Positions 1-9,415 of a stretch of DNA of 64,000 nt are shown here, in pieces. The position numbers and the translations under genes were made by a program. Where the stretch lies: assembly GCA_037442205.1 (NCBI GenBank), contig JBBIQS010000048.1, positions 162 through 64,161 of the forward strand, given 5' to 3'. Position 1 is the stretch's first letter, and each line of letters begins with the position of its first letter. The stretch comes from Myxococcales bacterium. Lineage in GTDB: Bacteria > Myxococcota > Myxococcia > Myxococcales > UBA5297. Under the pieces are notes generated by a model. It was not told where the DNA came from and made no database searches. It worked only from the letters and a program-made list of their open reading frames with translations.

Positions 1-1
1 C

Positions 2-421
2 GAGCGGGTGCTGGAGACCGCGGCGGAGCTGGAGCGGCTGATCAAGGGCAAGCAGCAGGCCGCCGCTGAGCCGCCGCCCCCGCCGCCGGCCGAACCGGCC
101 GCCGAGCCGGAGGAGACCCCCGCCGGGGCCGCCCCCGCCGGCGAGCACCAGCTGTACCTGACGGGCGAGGACGGCTCGGAGAAGCCGGTCAAGGACCGCT
201 TCCTGATCGGCCGCGGCAAGCACTGCGACCTGGTGATCAACAGCGGCAAGGTCAGCCGCGAGCATGCCGCGGTGGTGCGCGAGGGCGACGAGTACTTCAT
301 CGAGGACCTGGGCTCGTCGAACGGGACCTGGTTCAACAAGCAGCGCATCAAGCGCCGCAAGATCGAAGACGGCGACGAGTACTTCATCTGTTCCGAAAAG
401 GTGAAGTGCGCCATTCACTGA
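2..421 (+). CDS. FHA domain protein (5' end outside window)
   Basis: Frame open from the window edge; Pro/Ala linker then FHA motifs IGR...SREHA...EDLGSSNGTW. Confidence 0.9.
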   Translation, partial: ERVLETAAELERLIKGKQQAAAEPPPPPPAEPAAEPEETPAGAAPAGEHQLYLTGEDGSEKPVKDRFLIGRGKHCDLVINSGKVSREHAAVVREGDEYFIEDLGSSNGTWFNKQRIKRRKIEDGDEYFICSEKVKCAIH

Positions 422-480
422 GCGCGCGCTCCCGTCTCGAATTAGAGGCGCGCCGGCCGGGGCTCGCCGCCCGAGGCCTC

Positions 481-2802
481 ATGAGTGCGCTCGCGCTCGC
501 CCTGCTGATGGCGGCGGCTCCCCCGAGCCCGCCGCAGCTGTCGGCCACCAGCCCCACCATCGAGCTGACTGCGGACCGGGCCGAGCTCGGCCTGGATAGC
601 CGCCACGTGCTGGCCGAAGGCGGGGTGGTGCTGCGCAGCGGAGGGCTGCTGCTGCGCGCCGACGAGTTGGAGTACGACCAAGGGCAGCGCCAGGCCCTGG
701 GGCGGGGGCAGCTGCTGATCGTAGATGGGAACGTGGCGCTGGCCGCGGATCGGGGCGAGCTGACCCTGGGCGGCGACGGGCTGCGGCTGGAGCGGGCCCG
801 GCTCTACCAGAAATCGGCGGCCCAGCTGCCGGCCCTCTACGGCGCCGCCAACGAGGCCGCGGCGCGCGGGATGGGGGCCAACGCGCTGGTGCTCAGCGCC
901 GACGAGCTGGAGCGGGTGGCCAAGGGGCGCTACCTGGCCAGCCAGCTGCGGCTGACCCCCTGCGACTGCTCGTCCGAGATCCCAGACTGGGAGCTGGGGG
1001 CCTCGAGCGCCGACATCGAGGCCGGCGATCGTGCCATCCTCAGCTGGCCCCGGCTCTACCTGCACGGAGTGCCGGTTCTGATCCTGCCGGCGCTCTACGT
1101 GCCGCTCTCCAGCCGGCGCACCGGGCTGCTGTTCCCGCGGATGACAGTTCACCAGAGCAACGGCTTCGTGATCGACCAGCCGTTCTTCCTCACCCTGGGC
1201 CAAAGCTACGACCTGACGCTGACCGCCGGTTATCGCTTCGGAAAGGCCCCTGACGGCCAGCGGCCAGGGACGCGCGGGCCGCATGCGGTGGCCGAGTTGC
1301 GCTATGCGCCGGCGGCAGGAACCAGCGGCGGCCTGTCGGTCAATTATCTGCAGGACCTGAATGGTGATCGGGCGCAGGACCTCAGCGCTCCTGCGCGGCG
1401 CGGGCCGCGCGGGCAGCTGCTCTTCCATCATGCCACCGAGTCCGAGAGAGGGCTCAATGCCAGGGCGCTGGTGAACCTGGTCAAGGACGACCACTACCTC
1501 TCCGACGAGAGCGTCAACGTCTTCGACAACGTTCCCTACCTGCGCTCTCAGGCCTGGGCGGGATGGCGGGGCCAGGACGCCCTGGTCGCCACCTCGTCTG
1601 CCTACTACCAGGACCTGGGCAGCCAGGAGCTGGCCCCGTACTTCGGCGCGCGTCCGCCGACGATGAGCCTGTTCGGCCCCGATGCGCCGGCGACGATTCA
1701 GCGTCCCTTGAGCCTGCTGGTCGCGATCGCCCCGGTGCCGCTGGCGGGCGCTCTGGCGGGAGCGTTCGAAGCTTCGGCGACGCGCTATCAGTCGCTGCTG
1801 GGGCTGGCCGGCCGGCTTCCGCTCTCGCAGTCGCTGTGGTCCTTGAGCCGGGTGAGCGCGCAGCCAACGCTCAACCTGCCGCTCTTGCGGTCGGATGCGC
1901 TGCTGGCCGGCGCCTGGGCCTCGGCGCGAGGCGAGGTGAGCAGCTACGATCAACAGCTCGGGGACGGGGCCGCCACCCGCTGGCAGGGGCGGGGGCTGGC
2001 GGGGCTGTGGCTGGGCTCGGAGCTGTCGCGCGTCTTCGGCTCGGGGCCTTCGGCGCTGCGGCACTTCATCGTCCCGCGGCTGGAGCTGCGCGCCGGGACC
2101 CGGCTGCTGGGAGAGTCGCCGGTGTTCGGCGCCGACGTCCTGAGGCCGGTCGACGAGCTGGACATGCTGCCGGGAGGCTTCGCCCAGGCGGTGGCCTCGC
2201 TCTCGACGCGGCTGACCAGGCGCGACGGCGGCCAGCTCCTGCGGCTCGACGCCGGCCAGGGATTCGATCTTCTCACCGGCAGGACGTCGGACGCCTTCGC
2301 ACGCCTCGAGCTGCACCCGGGAATCGTCAATTTCTCGGCCGCCACCCGCTACGACTTGCCCGCGAAGGTGTTCAGCTCGATCAACGCACAGGCGTCGGTG
2401 GCGGACTCTCGCGGCGACTCGATCTCCGCCGGCTACGACTACCTGCGGCTGGGCGGCAACACCCGGCTGCAGGCCGATTTCGATCGCCTCTTCGGCACCT
2501 CGCTGCTCGTCGACGAGGCGGTGCGGAGGGTCCTGCCCTCGCAGATGGCCACCGTCGGCGCCAGCGTCAGCCCGTTCAAAGGGCTCAGCCTGCGCTACGG
2601 CTCGTCGATCAGAACCGGCCCTCTCGACCCGGGGACCAGCCGCTTCGTGCAGCACACCCTGGGACTGTCGCTGGGCACCAGCTGCGACTGCTGGCGGCTG
2701 GACCTGTTCGCCAACGTCCCTCCTGGCGCCGGCTGGGCGTTCAGGTCCTGGAACTATGGATTTCTGCTGGATCTGAAAAACTTCGGTAGTTTTGGAGGTT
2801 GA
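481..2802 (+). CDS. lptD: LPS-assembly outer-membrane protein LptD
   Basis: Signal peptide from ATG 481; OstA-like N-terminus (LRADELEYD), TPCDC..W motif, P.LYVPL..RRTGLLFP, long beta-barrel, C-terminal CDCW. Confidence 0.85.
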   Translation: MSALALALLMAAAPPSPPQLSATSPTIELTADRAELGLDSRHVLAEGGVVLRSGGLLLRADELEYDQGQRQALGRGQLLIVDGNVALAADRGELTLGGDGLRLERARLYQKSAAQLPALYGAANEAAARGMGANALVLSADELERVAKGRYLASQLRLTPCDCSSEIPDWELGASSADIEAGDRAILSWPRLYLHGVPVLILPALYVPLSSRRTGLLFPRMTVHQSNGFVIDQPFFLTLGQSYDLTLTAGYRFGKAPDGQRPGTRGPHAVAELRYAPAAGTSGGLSVNYLQDLNGDRAQDLSAPARRGPRGQLLFHHATESERGLNARALVNLVKDDHYLSDESVNVFDNVPYLRSQAWAGWRGQDALVATSSAYYQDLGSQELAPYFGARPPTMSLFGPDAPATIQRPLSLLVAIAPVPLAGALAGAFEASATRYQSLLGLAGRLPLSQSLWSLSRVSAQPTLNLPLLRSDALLAGAWASARGEVSSYDQQLGDGAATRWQGRGLAGLWLGSELSRVFGSGPSALRHFIVPRLELRAGTRLLGESPVFGADVLRPVDELDMLPGGFAQAVASLSTRLTRRDGGQLLRLDAGQGFDLLTGRTSDAFARLELHPGIVNFSAATRYDLPAKVFSSINAQASVADSRGDSISAGYDYLRLGGNTRLQADFDRLFGTSLLVDEAVRRVLPSQMATVGASVSPFKGLSLRYGSSIRTGPLDPGTSRFVQHTLGLSLGTSCDCWRLDLFANVPPGAGWAFRSWNYGFLLDLKNFGSFGG

Positions 2803-2952
2803 GCGCGGCAATCGTTCACTGGCCGACAGTCCCGATGGCCGAACGCTGTTGGGCGAGGTCAAAGCGTGGTCTATTTCACTTCCCGTATCTTGGGAACGGA
2901 TGCGAGCTGGCTTATGACGAGCCACTCCGTGGGCCAGAGGCGCGCAAGATCA

Positions 2953-3315
2953 ATGGATGAAATCACCAAGGAAGCCTCGCAGATCGCCAAGCAGCTCGGC
3001 CAGCGCATCCGGCAGCTGCGAGTCGAGCGCAGCTCCAAGTTGACGCAAGAAGACTTGGCCGAGCGCGCCGACATCTCGGTGTCGTTCCTGTCGATGATCG
3101 AGCGCGGGGAGCGGGCGCCGCACATCGACACCCTGTCGCGCATCGCCGAGGCGCTGGGGGTGACGGTCAGCGAGCTGTTCCTGTTCGCCTCGGAAGAGCC
3201 GCAGTCGCTCGACCCGATGCTCAAGCCGCTGGCCGAGTTCGCCCGCATGCACTCGCTGACCCGCCGGGACATCGAGAAGCTGCTCGGGGTGGCCCGGGCC
3301 ATGTTCAAGGCCTGA
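2953..3315 (+). CDS. XRE-family HTH transcriptional regulator
   Basis: LGQRIRQLR...TQEDLAERADISVSFLSMIERGER.P; start chosen at ATG 2953. Confidence 0.9.
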   Translation: MDEITKEASQIAKQLGQRIRQLRVERSSKLTQEDLAERADISVSFLSMIERGERAPHIDTLSRIAEALGVTVSELFLFASEEPQSLDPMLKPLAEFARMHSLTRRDIEKLLGVARAMFKA

Positions 3316-3332
3316 GCCGCCGGCCCCCCCGC

Positions 3333-3361
3333 TTGACGGGTCGGCCTTCCCCCTGGAAAAT
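3333..3361 (+). promoter_or_regulatory. Putative sigma70 promoter of the Ig-like lipoprotein gene
   Basis: TTGACG-N17-GAAAAT. Confidence 0.4.
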
Positions 3362-3404
3362 TGCCACCTTCCGCCGGGACTTCGCCCGGCGAGCGGAGGA
3401 GTCC

Positions 3405-4496
3405 ATGAAGTTGATGACCAAGCTGTTTCTGGCCGCCGTCGCGCTGTTGGCGGTGGGGGCCTCGCTGGCGGGCTGCAAGAGCGATCCCATCGTGATCGCC
3501 TTCGACAGCTCTCAAGATCTCCCGGCCAAGGCCGACGGGCAGACTGCGATCCTGCTCAATGCCACCGTCACCCAGGGCGGAGCGGTGATCGACTCGGGCA
3601 AGGTGACCTTCACCAGCAGCATGGCCGGCAGCTCGTTCAGCACGATCAGCGACCTGACCAAGAAGGACCCGCCGGCGCCCGAGCCCTACGACGCCAGCTT
3701 CAGCAGCGGCACCGGCAGCGCCAAGCTCTACTCGATGCGCCGCGGCACCGCGACCATCACCGCGACCTGGGCGAATCCGTCGTGGGGAATGACCGCCACC
3801 ACCACCAAGGACGTGATCTTCAAGGCCAGCGAGCTCGCCGGGCCGGTCACCCTCACCGACAAGAACCCGACGATGAAGGCCTCGACCGCCAGCAAGAGCG
3901 AGACCCTCACCCTGTCGTTCCTGGCCAAGGACTCGACCGAGATGCCGCTCAAGAAGGGCACCATCAAGTTCGCCATCACCGGCAGCACGCCCTCGTCGGC
4001 GGCCACCGGAGCCTCGGTGACTGCGGAGGCGACCACCGATGACGCCGGGGTCGCCACCGCCACCGTCACCTCCGGCAACCTGGCCGGCACGCTCAACCTG
4101 GAGGCCTACGCCCTGGCCGGCACCACCGAGTCGCAGTTCGAGAAGCTGAGGTTCGCGGTCAAGGTGACCGGGACCGGGGTTCCGGCCACCATCGAGTTCA
4201 CCAACGGCAGCAGTCCGGTGCTCTACGCCGGCGGTGCCGGCGGCCACAGCGCTCAGTTCAACTTCCTGGTCAAGGACAGCGCCGGGGTCCCGGTGCCCAA
4301 GGAACTGGTGAAGTTCGAGGTCAAGCCGCCGCTCGGCGGTGGACCTCCGACGGTAGACGTCAAGGAGGCCCCCACCGACGACGGGGGAGTGGTGTGGTGC
4401 AACGTCACCGCCGGCACCGACACCGGTTCGTTCATCTTGAAGTCCTGGGTCGGGACGGTGCAGGTCCTGGAGACGCCGTTCGAAGTCCGCCCGTAG
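3405..4496 (+). CDS. Lipoprotein with tandem Ig-like (Big_1/invasin-like) domains
   Basis: GGAGGAG RBS then ATG 3405; lipobox LAGC; Thr/Ser/Gly-rich beta repeats (TTDDAGVATATVTSG, PTDDGGVVWCNVTAG, VKDSAGVPV). Confidence 0.75.
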   Translation: MKLMTKLFLAAVALLAVGASLAGCKSDPIVIAFDSSQDLPAKADGQTAILLNATVTQGGAVIDSGKVTFTSSMAGSSFSTISDLTKKDPPAPEPYDASFSSGTGSAKLYSMRRGTATITATWANPSWGMTATTTKDVIFKASELAGPVTLTDKNPTMKASTASKSETLTLSFLAKDSTEMPLKKGTIKFAITGSTPSSAATGASVTAEATTDDAGVATATVTSGNLAGTLNLEAYALAGTTESQFEKLRFAVKVTGTGVPATIEFTNGSSPVLYAGGAGGHSAQFNFLVKDSAGVPVPKELVKFEVKPPLGGGPPTVDVKEAPTDDGGVVWCNVTAGTDTGSFILKSWVGTVQVLETPFEVRP

Positions 4497-4521
4497 CGCC
4501 AGCGCTTCACGTGGTCTGTCT

Positions 4522-4556
4522 GGAGGCGGCAGGGCCCTGGCGGGCTCTGCCGCTTC
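4522..4556 (+). terminator. GC-rich hairpin between convergent genes
   Basis: GGAGGCGGCAGGGCCC-tggc-GGGCTCTGCCGCTTC followed by tgctt. Confidence 0.55.
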
Positions 4557-4695
4557 TGCTTGCGGGGGACCAGAGCCTTCGGGGCGCCGCGGGTCCGAGC
4601 TCGCCTCAGGATAGAAGGCGGCGCCGAGCGGTGAGATGGCCCTGGCGCGCCCGGTCCGGTGGACAGCGCCCTTGGGCCGGAGGGATGGGATTGTC

Positions 4696-5760
4696 TCAGG
4701 GGAAGAAGTCGAAGCCGAGCAGCGAATCGGGATCCATCTGCACGCCGTCGATCTTGGCCGCCAGATGGAGGTGGGGGCCGGTGACCCGGCCGGTGACCCC
4801 GAGCAGGCCGATGAGCTCGCCCCGCTTCACCTTCTGCCCTTCCTTCACCTTGAATTGCGAGAGGTGGAAGTAGCCGGTGTAGATGCCGGCGCCGTGGGCC
4901 AGCATCACCGTGTTGCCCGAGGCGAAGCAGTCGCGGACCATCCGCACCTCGCCGTCGTTGGCGGCGTAGACCGGGTCGCCGATGTTGCCGTCCAGGTCCA
5001 GGCCGAGGTGGCGGCTCTGCAGCTTGCCGTTGAAGATCCGCTTCTCGCCGTAGCGGGCGTTGCGCTCGGCGCCGGCGCGCGGATCGATGAAATTGGCGGA
5101 GAACAGCGGCGGCCCGAAGGCGTAGGCGTAGACCTTGCTGAAGGCCTGGTTGTCGGCCTTCATCCGCCGCACGCTTTCGCCGCTGGGGCTGGTGAACTTC
5201 TTGGACACCGTCAGCGTGTGCTCTTCGACCTTGGTCTGCAGCACCTGCAGCGAGAGCGTTCCGGTCTTGTGCTGGCCGTCCTCGGCCACCGCTTCGAAGC
5301 GGACCTCGAGCGGGCCGGCGGCGGTCTCCACCGGCACCGCGCCATAGCCGAACCAGCGCCCGTTCGCCGAACGGAAGAAGGGGATCTTCAAGCTCTTGGT
5401 CCGCGCCCAGATCTCCTTGATCCCATCGCCCTCCAGGCTTACCTCGTAGATCGCCCCGGGCTTCACTTGGCCCGGCCGCGCCTTGGCCTTCCAATCACCA
5501 AGCGTGGCCTCGACCGGGGGCGCCGCGGTCGGCGCAGCCGTCGCAGGCGCCGATTCGGCGTCGGGGGCTCCAGCGTCGGCGCTCGTGCTCAGTCCTCCGT
5601 CGACCGCAGCCGGAACCTCGGCGTCGGGGAGGTCGGCCGCGGCGGCCAGCGCTGCCGGCTGCCGCGTGACCAGCAACAGCGGCAGGGCCACCGCCGAGAT
5701 CGCGAGCGCGGCCCGCGGCCGACGACTGACTGCGCAATGAAGAGGAGGAGAGGAGGTCAT
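4696..5760 (-). CDS. M23-family metallopeptidase
   Basis: HxxxD (HLGLD), YFHLS and GPHLH zinc motifs; N-terminal hydrophobic segment; start uncertain (ATG 5760 lies downstream of TTGACA-N17-CGAAAT at 5817-5789). Confidence 0.88.
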   Translation of the reverse strand: MTSSPPLHCAVSRRPRAALAISAVALPLLLVTRQPAALAAAADLPDAEVPAAVDGGLSTSADAGAPDAESAPATAAPTAAPPVEATLGDWKAKARPGQVKPGAIYEVSLEGDGIKEIWARTKSLKIPFFRSANGRWFGYGAVPVETAAGPLEVRFEAVAEDGQHKTGTLSLQVLQTKVEEHTLTVSKKFTSPSGESVRRMKADNQAFSKVYAYAFGPPLFSANFIDPRAGAERNARYGEKRIFNGKLQSRHLGLDLDGNIGDPVYAANDGEVRMVRDCFASGNTVMLAHGAGIYTGYFHLSQFKVKEGQKVKRGELIGLLGVTGRVTGPHLHLAAKIDGVQMDPDSLLGFDFFP

Positions 5761-5918
5761 CGGCGCTCGCAGCGGCGGGGTCGCTCCCATTTCGCGGCCG
5801 GCCGCGGGCCCTGTCAAGGAGCCGATCGCTGCCGCCGCCGGTTCTCGCGCCGGCCTCGAGGTGATAACAAGTCCCCGTCTCGAGCGGGCGGGCGATAGGC
5901 GGCTTTCGAGGAGTCCAC

Positions 5919-6461
5919 GTGAAGGCGAGAGAGCGGGTTTCCAAGAAGACGACGAGCGGCAAGCGGCCCGGATCTATGGCGACCAAGCGAATGTCTGCGC
6001 GAATCCTCGGTCAGTGCGAGCATCCCCGGGGGCAGGCGGCCCTGCGGCGGCTGTCTCGGCAGTCCCGCTCCTTCCTGGCCGCGCTGGGGCTCTCCGGGGT
6101 GGAGCTGTCGCTGGTGGTCACCACCGATTCGAGGATCCGCGACATCAACCGCCGCTGGCGAGACAAGGACCAGGCCACCGACGTGCTCTCGTTCCCGGCG
6201 GGAGAGATGCCGGCGGTCGCGGGCGCGCCGCGGCCGCTGGGGGACGTGATCATCTCCCTGGACACCGCGGTGCGCCGGGCGCGCGAGGACGGCCGCCCGG
6301 TGGCCGCCGAGACCGCCCGCTATCTGGCCCACGGCCTGCTGCACCTGCTGGGGCACGACCACCACCGGCCGGCGGAGGCCGCCCGGATGGCCCGCGCCGA
6401 GCGGCGCCTGCTGGGCGCGCTGGGGATGGTGGGCGAGGCGCTGGGAACAGGACGCCGCTAG
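5919..6461 (+). CDS. ybeY: rRNA maturation endoribonuclease YbeY
   Basis: GAGGAG RBS; N..WR.KD.ATDVLSFP, LGDVIIS, HGLLHLLGHDH. Confidence 0.95.
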   Translation: MKARERVSKKTTSGKRPGSMATKRMSARILGQCEHPRGQAALRRLSRQSRSFLAALGLSGVELSLVVTTDSRIRDINRRWRDKDQATDVLSFPAGEMPAVAGAPRPLGDVIISLDTAVRRAREDGRPVAAETARYLAHGLLHLLGHDHHRPAEAARMARAERRLLGALGMVGEALGTGRR

Positions 6462-7393
6462 AAGGCGATGTCCAGGTGGAAGATCGCCATCGTGTCGTTG
6501 AGGTATGAGCGGCGGAAGCGCGACAGCTCGAAGCCGAGGTTGGCGCCCACCTGGTCGGTGAGGAAGAACTCGGTGCGCGCCCCGACCCCGTAGACCAGGC
6601 CTCCCTTGACCCCGGTGAAGCTGGTGTCGGTCCCCTCGACGCTCATCGAAACCGGCTCGAAGAACAGCACCGGCCCCAGCTTGCCGTAGAGGAAGACGTG
6701 GGGCAGCGGGTAGCCGACCAGCGCCGCCAGCGACAGGTCGTGGAGGCTGGAGCGGACCTTGACCTGGCCGTTGGTCGGAACCCCGCCCCCGCCGGTCGTG
6801 CCGTCGCTGAACCAGGTGTAGAGGTAGGAGAACTCGGCGTAGAGACCGTTGTGGAGGAACTCGTCCTCCGGCGGGAAGAAGTGGCGGCCGACGTTGGCCA
6901 GGAAGTCGATGCCCATGGCGAAGGTGGTCACTGAGCCGGTGGGGCCGTCGAGGAACATCAGGCCGGTGACCACGCCCGAGGCCATGCCCTGGCCGGGCTC
7001 GTCGAGGCCGGAGAGGCGCTCCTCGGCCGAGTCGCGGCTCTCCTCGCCCATCTCCTCCTCGGCGGTGCGGTGGTGGCGGGCCTTGGCCGGCGCCGGCCCG
7101 GGGGACTCCTCGTCGTCCTCGGCGGCGCGGCGGCGGGGCGCCTCGTCCTCGTCGTCGGCGGGGCGGCTCTTGCGCCGCGGGGCGTCGTCCTCCTCGGCGC
7201 TGCGCGCGGGCGGGGCCTCCTCCGACTCAGAGTCCTCGTCGATTGCCTTGGCATGGGAGCGCTTGGCGGCGCCGGAGGCGGCCGCGGCCAGGGAGCTCGC
7301 CGCCGAGGGCAGCGCCTGGGCGGCGGGGGCGGCCAGGAGAACGGCGAGCAGGGCGCAGGGGAGGGTGGCGGAGCGCACGGGGGAGGGCCTCAC
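6458..7393 (-). CDS. Outer-membrane beta-barrel protein with charged low-complexity N-terminal linker
   Basis: GTG 7393 overlaps the upstream stop (GTGA); signal peptide ending AAQA; alternating beta strands, LVYGVGAR, C-terminal Phe (LDIAF). Confidence 0.7.
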   Translation of the reverse strand: MRPSPVRSATLPCALLAVLLAAPAAQALPSAASSLAAAASGAAKRSHAKAIDEDSESEEAPPARSAEEDDAPRRKSRPADDEDEAPRRRAAEDDEESPGPAPAKARHHRTAEEEMGEESRDSAEERLSGLDEPGQGMASGVVTGLMFLDGPTGSVTTFAMGIDFLANVGRHFFPPEDEFLHNGLYAEFSYLYTWFSDGTTGGGGVPTNGQVKVRSSLHDLSLAALVGYPLPHVFLYGKLGPVLFFEPVSMSVEGTDTSFTGVKGGLVYGVGARTEFFLTDQVGANLGFELSRFRRSYLNDTMAIFHLDIAF

Positions 7394-8658
7394 TGGCAGT
7401 TGGGGCGGGGGGCCGCGACCGAGGGGCAGCCGGAAATCTGAGTGACCTTGGGGCTGAAGAACTCGAGGAAGCTGGCACACAGGGCATCCTTGACGTCCTT
7501 CGAATCGGTGGCGGCGGAAGCCACGATGGCGCCCAGGACACCCTCCAGCGTGAAATAGGTCTGGTTGCCGGCGTTGTCGTTGATCAGACTGGCGATGCCG
7601 TCGCTCATCGCCTTGGAGACCGCCAGCAGCACCGCCTTTCGGGCGGGACCGCTGCCTCCCAGGGCGTTGGTCAAGGCGGGGCTCCCCGCGGCACTCCACA
7701 GCGACGAGGAGAGGACGCTGCCGATGCGGTACTGCTCCCCCGACTTGAGGGCGAAGAGGTCATAGGACTTCGACCGCATGTCGTCGTAGACCTCCGGGAT
7801 CGCGCTGAGGCAGTGCGGGGTGTCGATGTTCCGCTGGCTCGACTCCGACCCCGGCAGCGATTTGCCGAAGAAGGCCGGCGAGCAGTTGGCGAAGGTATCG
7901 TCGCAGGTGGCCGCGGTGCCGAAGACGTCGGCAAGGCCCTCCTCGACGACCGCCAGCAGGTTCAGGCCGGGGGTCGCCGAGGCCAGCGTCGTGTCACTGG
8001 CCCAGGCGATCTTGACCGCGGGCACCGCCGCGCCATTGAACACCCTGAAGTTGAACACCGCGTGCTGGAACTCGTGGGCGACGACCCCGCCGTTGATCGA
8101 GAAGGGGATCATCTGCAGCTGATCGAAGGGCAGGATCTGGAATGACTGGAGCAGGGAATTGAACGACGCATTGTCCCGCTCGGCCTGTCCGTTCTCGCTG
8201 TAATCGGCGAAGTAGTAGACCGTCCGCTTGCCGAACTTGCTTCCGAGATCGTCGCCGATGCGCTGGTAGACGCTCTTGGCGCGCTCGAGGTTGTAGTACG
8301 AGGTGACGATATTGAGGGAATGGAAGTCCGCGGGGACCAGCGTGCTGCCGTCGGCAACCCAGCTCACTTTGACCGGACCCCCTTCGTTCTTGAGGATCGC
8401 CTTCTTGACCTGGTCGAGATTGGCCGCCCTCTGCAGGGCGGGATCCTTGTCGTCGATGACGATCTTGGCCCCGGCCGCGAAGGAGGCGATGTCGCCGTCC
8501 ATCGTCACCAGGTCCTTGACGGTCTTGAGGCTGACCTTGCGCGGCTCGTACTTGTTGGTGGTGGAGTTGTAGGAGAGGACCACCACATCCACCGGCGACT
8601 TGTTGTCGGGTGCGCAGGCGGCCAGGGCCAGCAGGGCGAGGGCGATTTGTCGGCGCAT
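7390..8658 (-). CDS. Lipoprotein zinc metalloprotease (gluzincin, M4/M36-like)
   Basis: Lipobox LAAC; DNASF; HEXXH (VVAHEFQHAV) and third-ligand motif EEGLAD. Confidence 0.8.
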   Translation of the reverse strand: MRRQIALALLALAACAPDNKSPVDVVVLSYNSTTNKYEPRKVSLKTVKDLVTMDGDIASFAAGAKIVIDDKDPALQRAANLDQVKKAILKNEGGPVKVSWVADGSTLVPADFHSLNIVTSYYNLERAKSVYQRIGDDLGSKFGKRTVYYFADYSENGQAERDNASFNSLLQSFQILPFDQLQMIPFSINGGVVAHEFQHAVFNFRVFNGAAVPAVKIAWASDTTLASATPGLNLLAVVEEGLADVFGTAATCDDTFANCSPAFFGKSLPGSESSQRNIDTPHCLSAIPEVYDDMRSKSYDLFALKSGEQYRIGSVLSSSLWSAAGSPALTNALGGSGPARKAVLLAVSKAMSDGIASLINDNAGNQTYFTLEGVLGAIVASAATDSKDVKDALCASFLEFFSPKVTQISGCPSVAAPRPNCQ

Positions 8659-8694
8659 GGGGACCTTCGGTCTCGCTTGTGAAGGAGAGAAACG

Positions 8695-9144
8695 CTAGAG
8701 CTCGAAGAACAGGCCGGCGCGCAGCATCAACGCCAGCCCGCCGGCAGGATAGATTCGCGGCTCGCCGGTGGCCTCGACCAGGAAGCCGAACGAGTCGAGG
8801 AACTCGCGCTCGTAGCCCACCCCTACCACCGCGGACTGCGTCAGCTCGCGGCCGAGGTTGCCCAGCATGTAGCTGGCCCGGGCGTAGGCGTTGGTGTCGG
8901 GCAGGAAGATCTTCAGGCCCGGGCCGAAGGCGAACTCGCGCGCCGGCGCCAGCTGCATCTCGATCGGCAGCTCGAAGTGGAGGATCGACGCCTTGAAGAA
9001 CGGGGTCAGCTCCAGCGCGCCCTTCATGTGCGCCTCTCCCTCGGTCAGGTAGCCCCCGCCGGCGCTCAGCGACAGCCCGAAGGCGAAGGAGCTGGCGGGG
9101 AGGCCGAGGAGCAGGGCGAGGGCAAGACAGCGAACGATGCGCAT
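8695..9144 (-). CDS. Small outer-membrane beta-barrel-like protein
   Basis: Signal peptide MRIVR...ASSFA; amphipathic strands; C-terminal LRAGLFFEL. Confidence 0.6.
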   Translation of the reverse strand: MRIVRCLALALLLGLPASSFAFGLSLSAGGGYLTEGEAHMKGALELTPFFKASILHFELPIEMQLAPAREFAFGPGLKIFLPDTNAYARASYMLGNLGRELTQSAVVGVGYEREFLDSFGFLVEATGEPRIYPAGGLALMLRAGLFFEL

Positions 9145-9415
9145 GGCGTCTCCGAGGTGGCGGCCGGATTTGGACCCGCGGGCCGCCCGCGCCGGCTCGA
9201 TTCCCACCCTAGGTCGAGATCGTTCGCCTGTTCAAGTGTTTGCAGATCCCGGCAGTTGACTCCGTTAACCGCAGCGCACGAGGCGCACTGGGGGTATGGA
9301 TAGGACTCGATCGAGCCGGTGGCCGCGGGGGCCCCGGGCCATCCGCGGGCGGGATTGTCGACCCGGGGCACTTCGCCGCGGCGGCGCCAGCCGCTCCGAG
9401 CAGGGGGAAAGAGCC

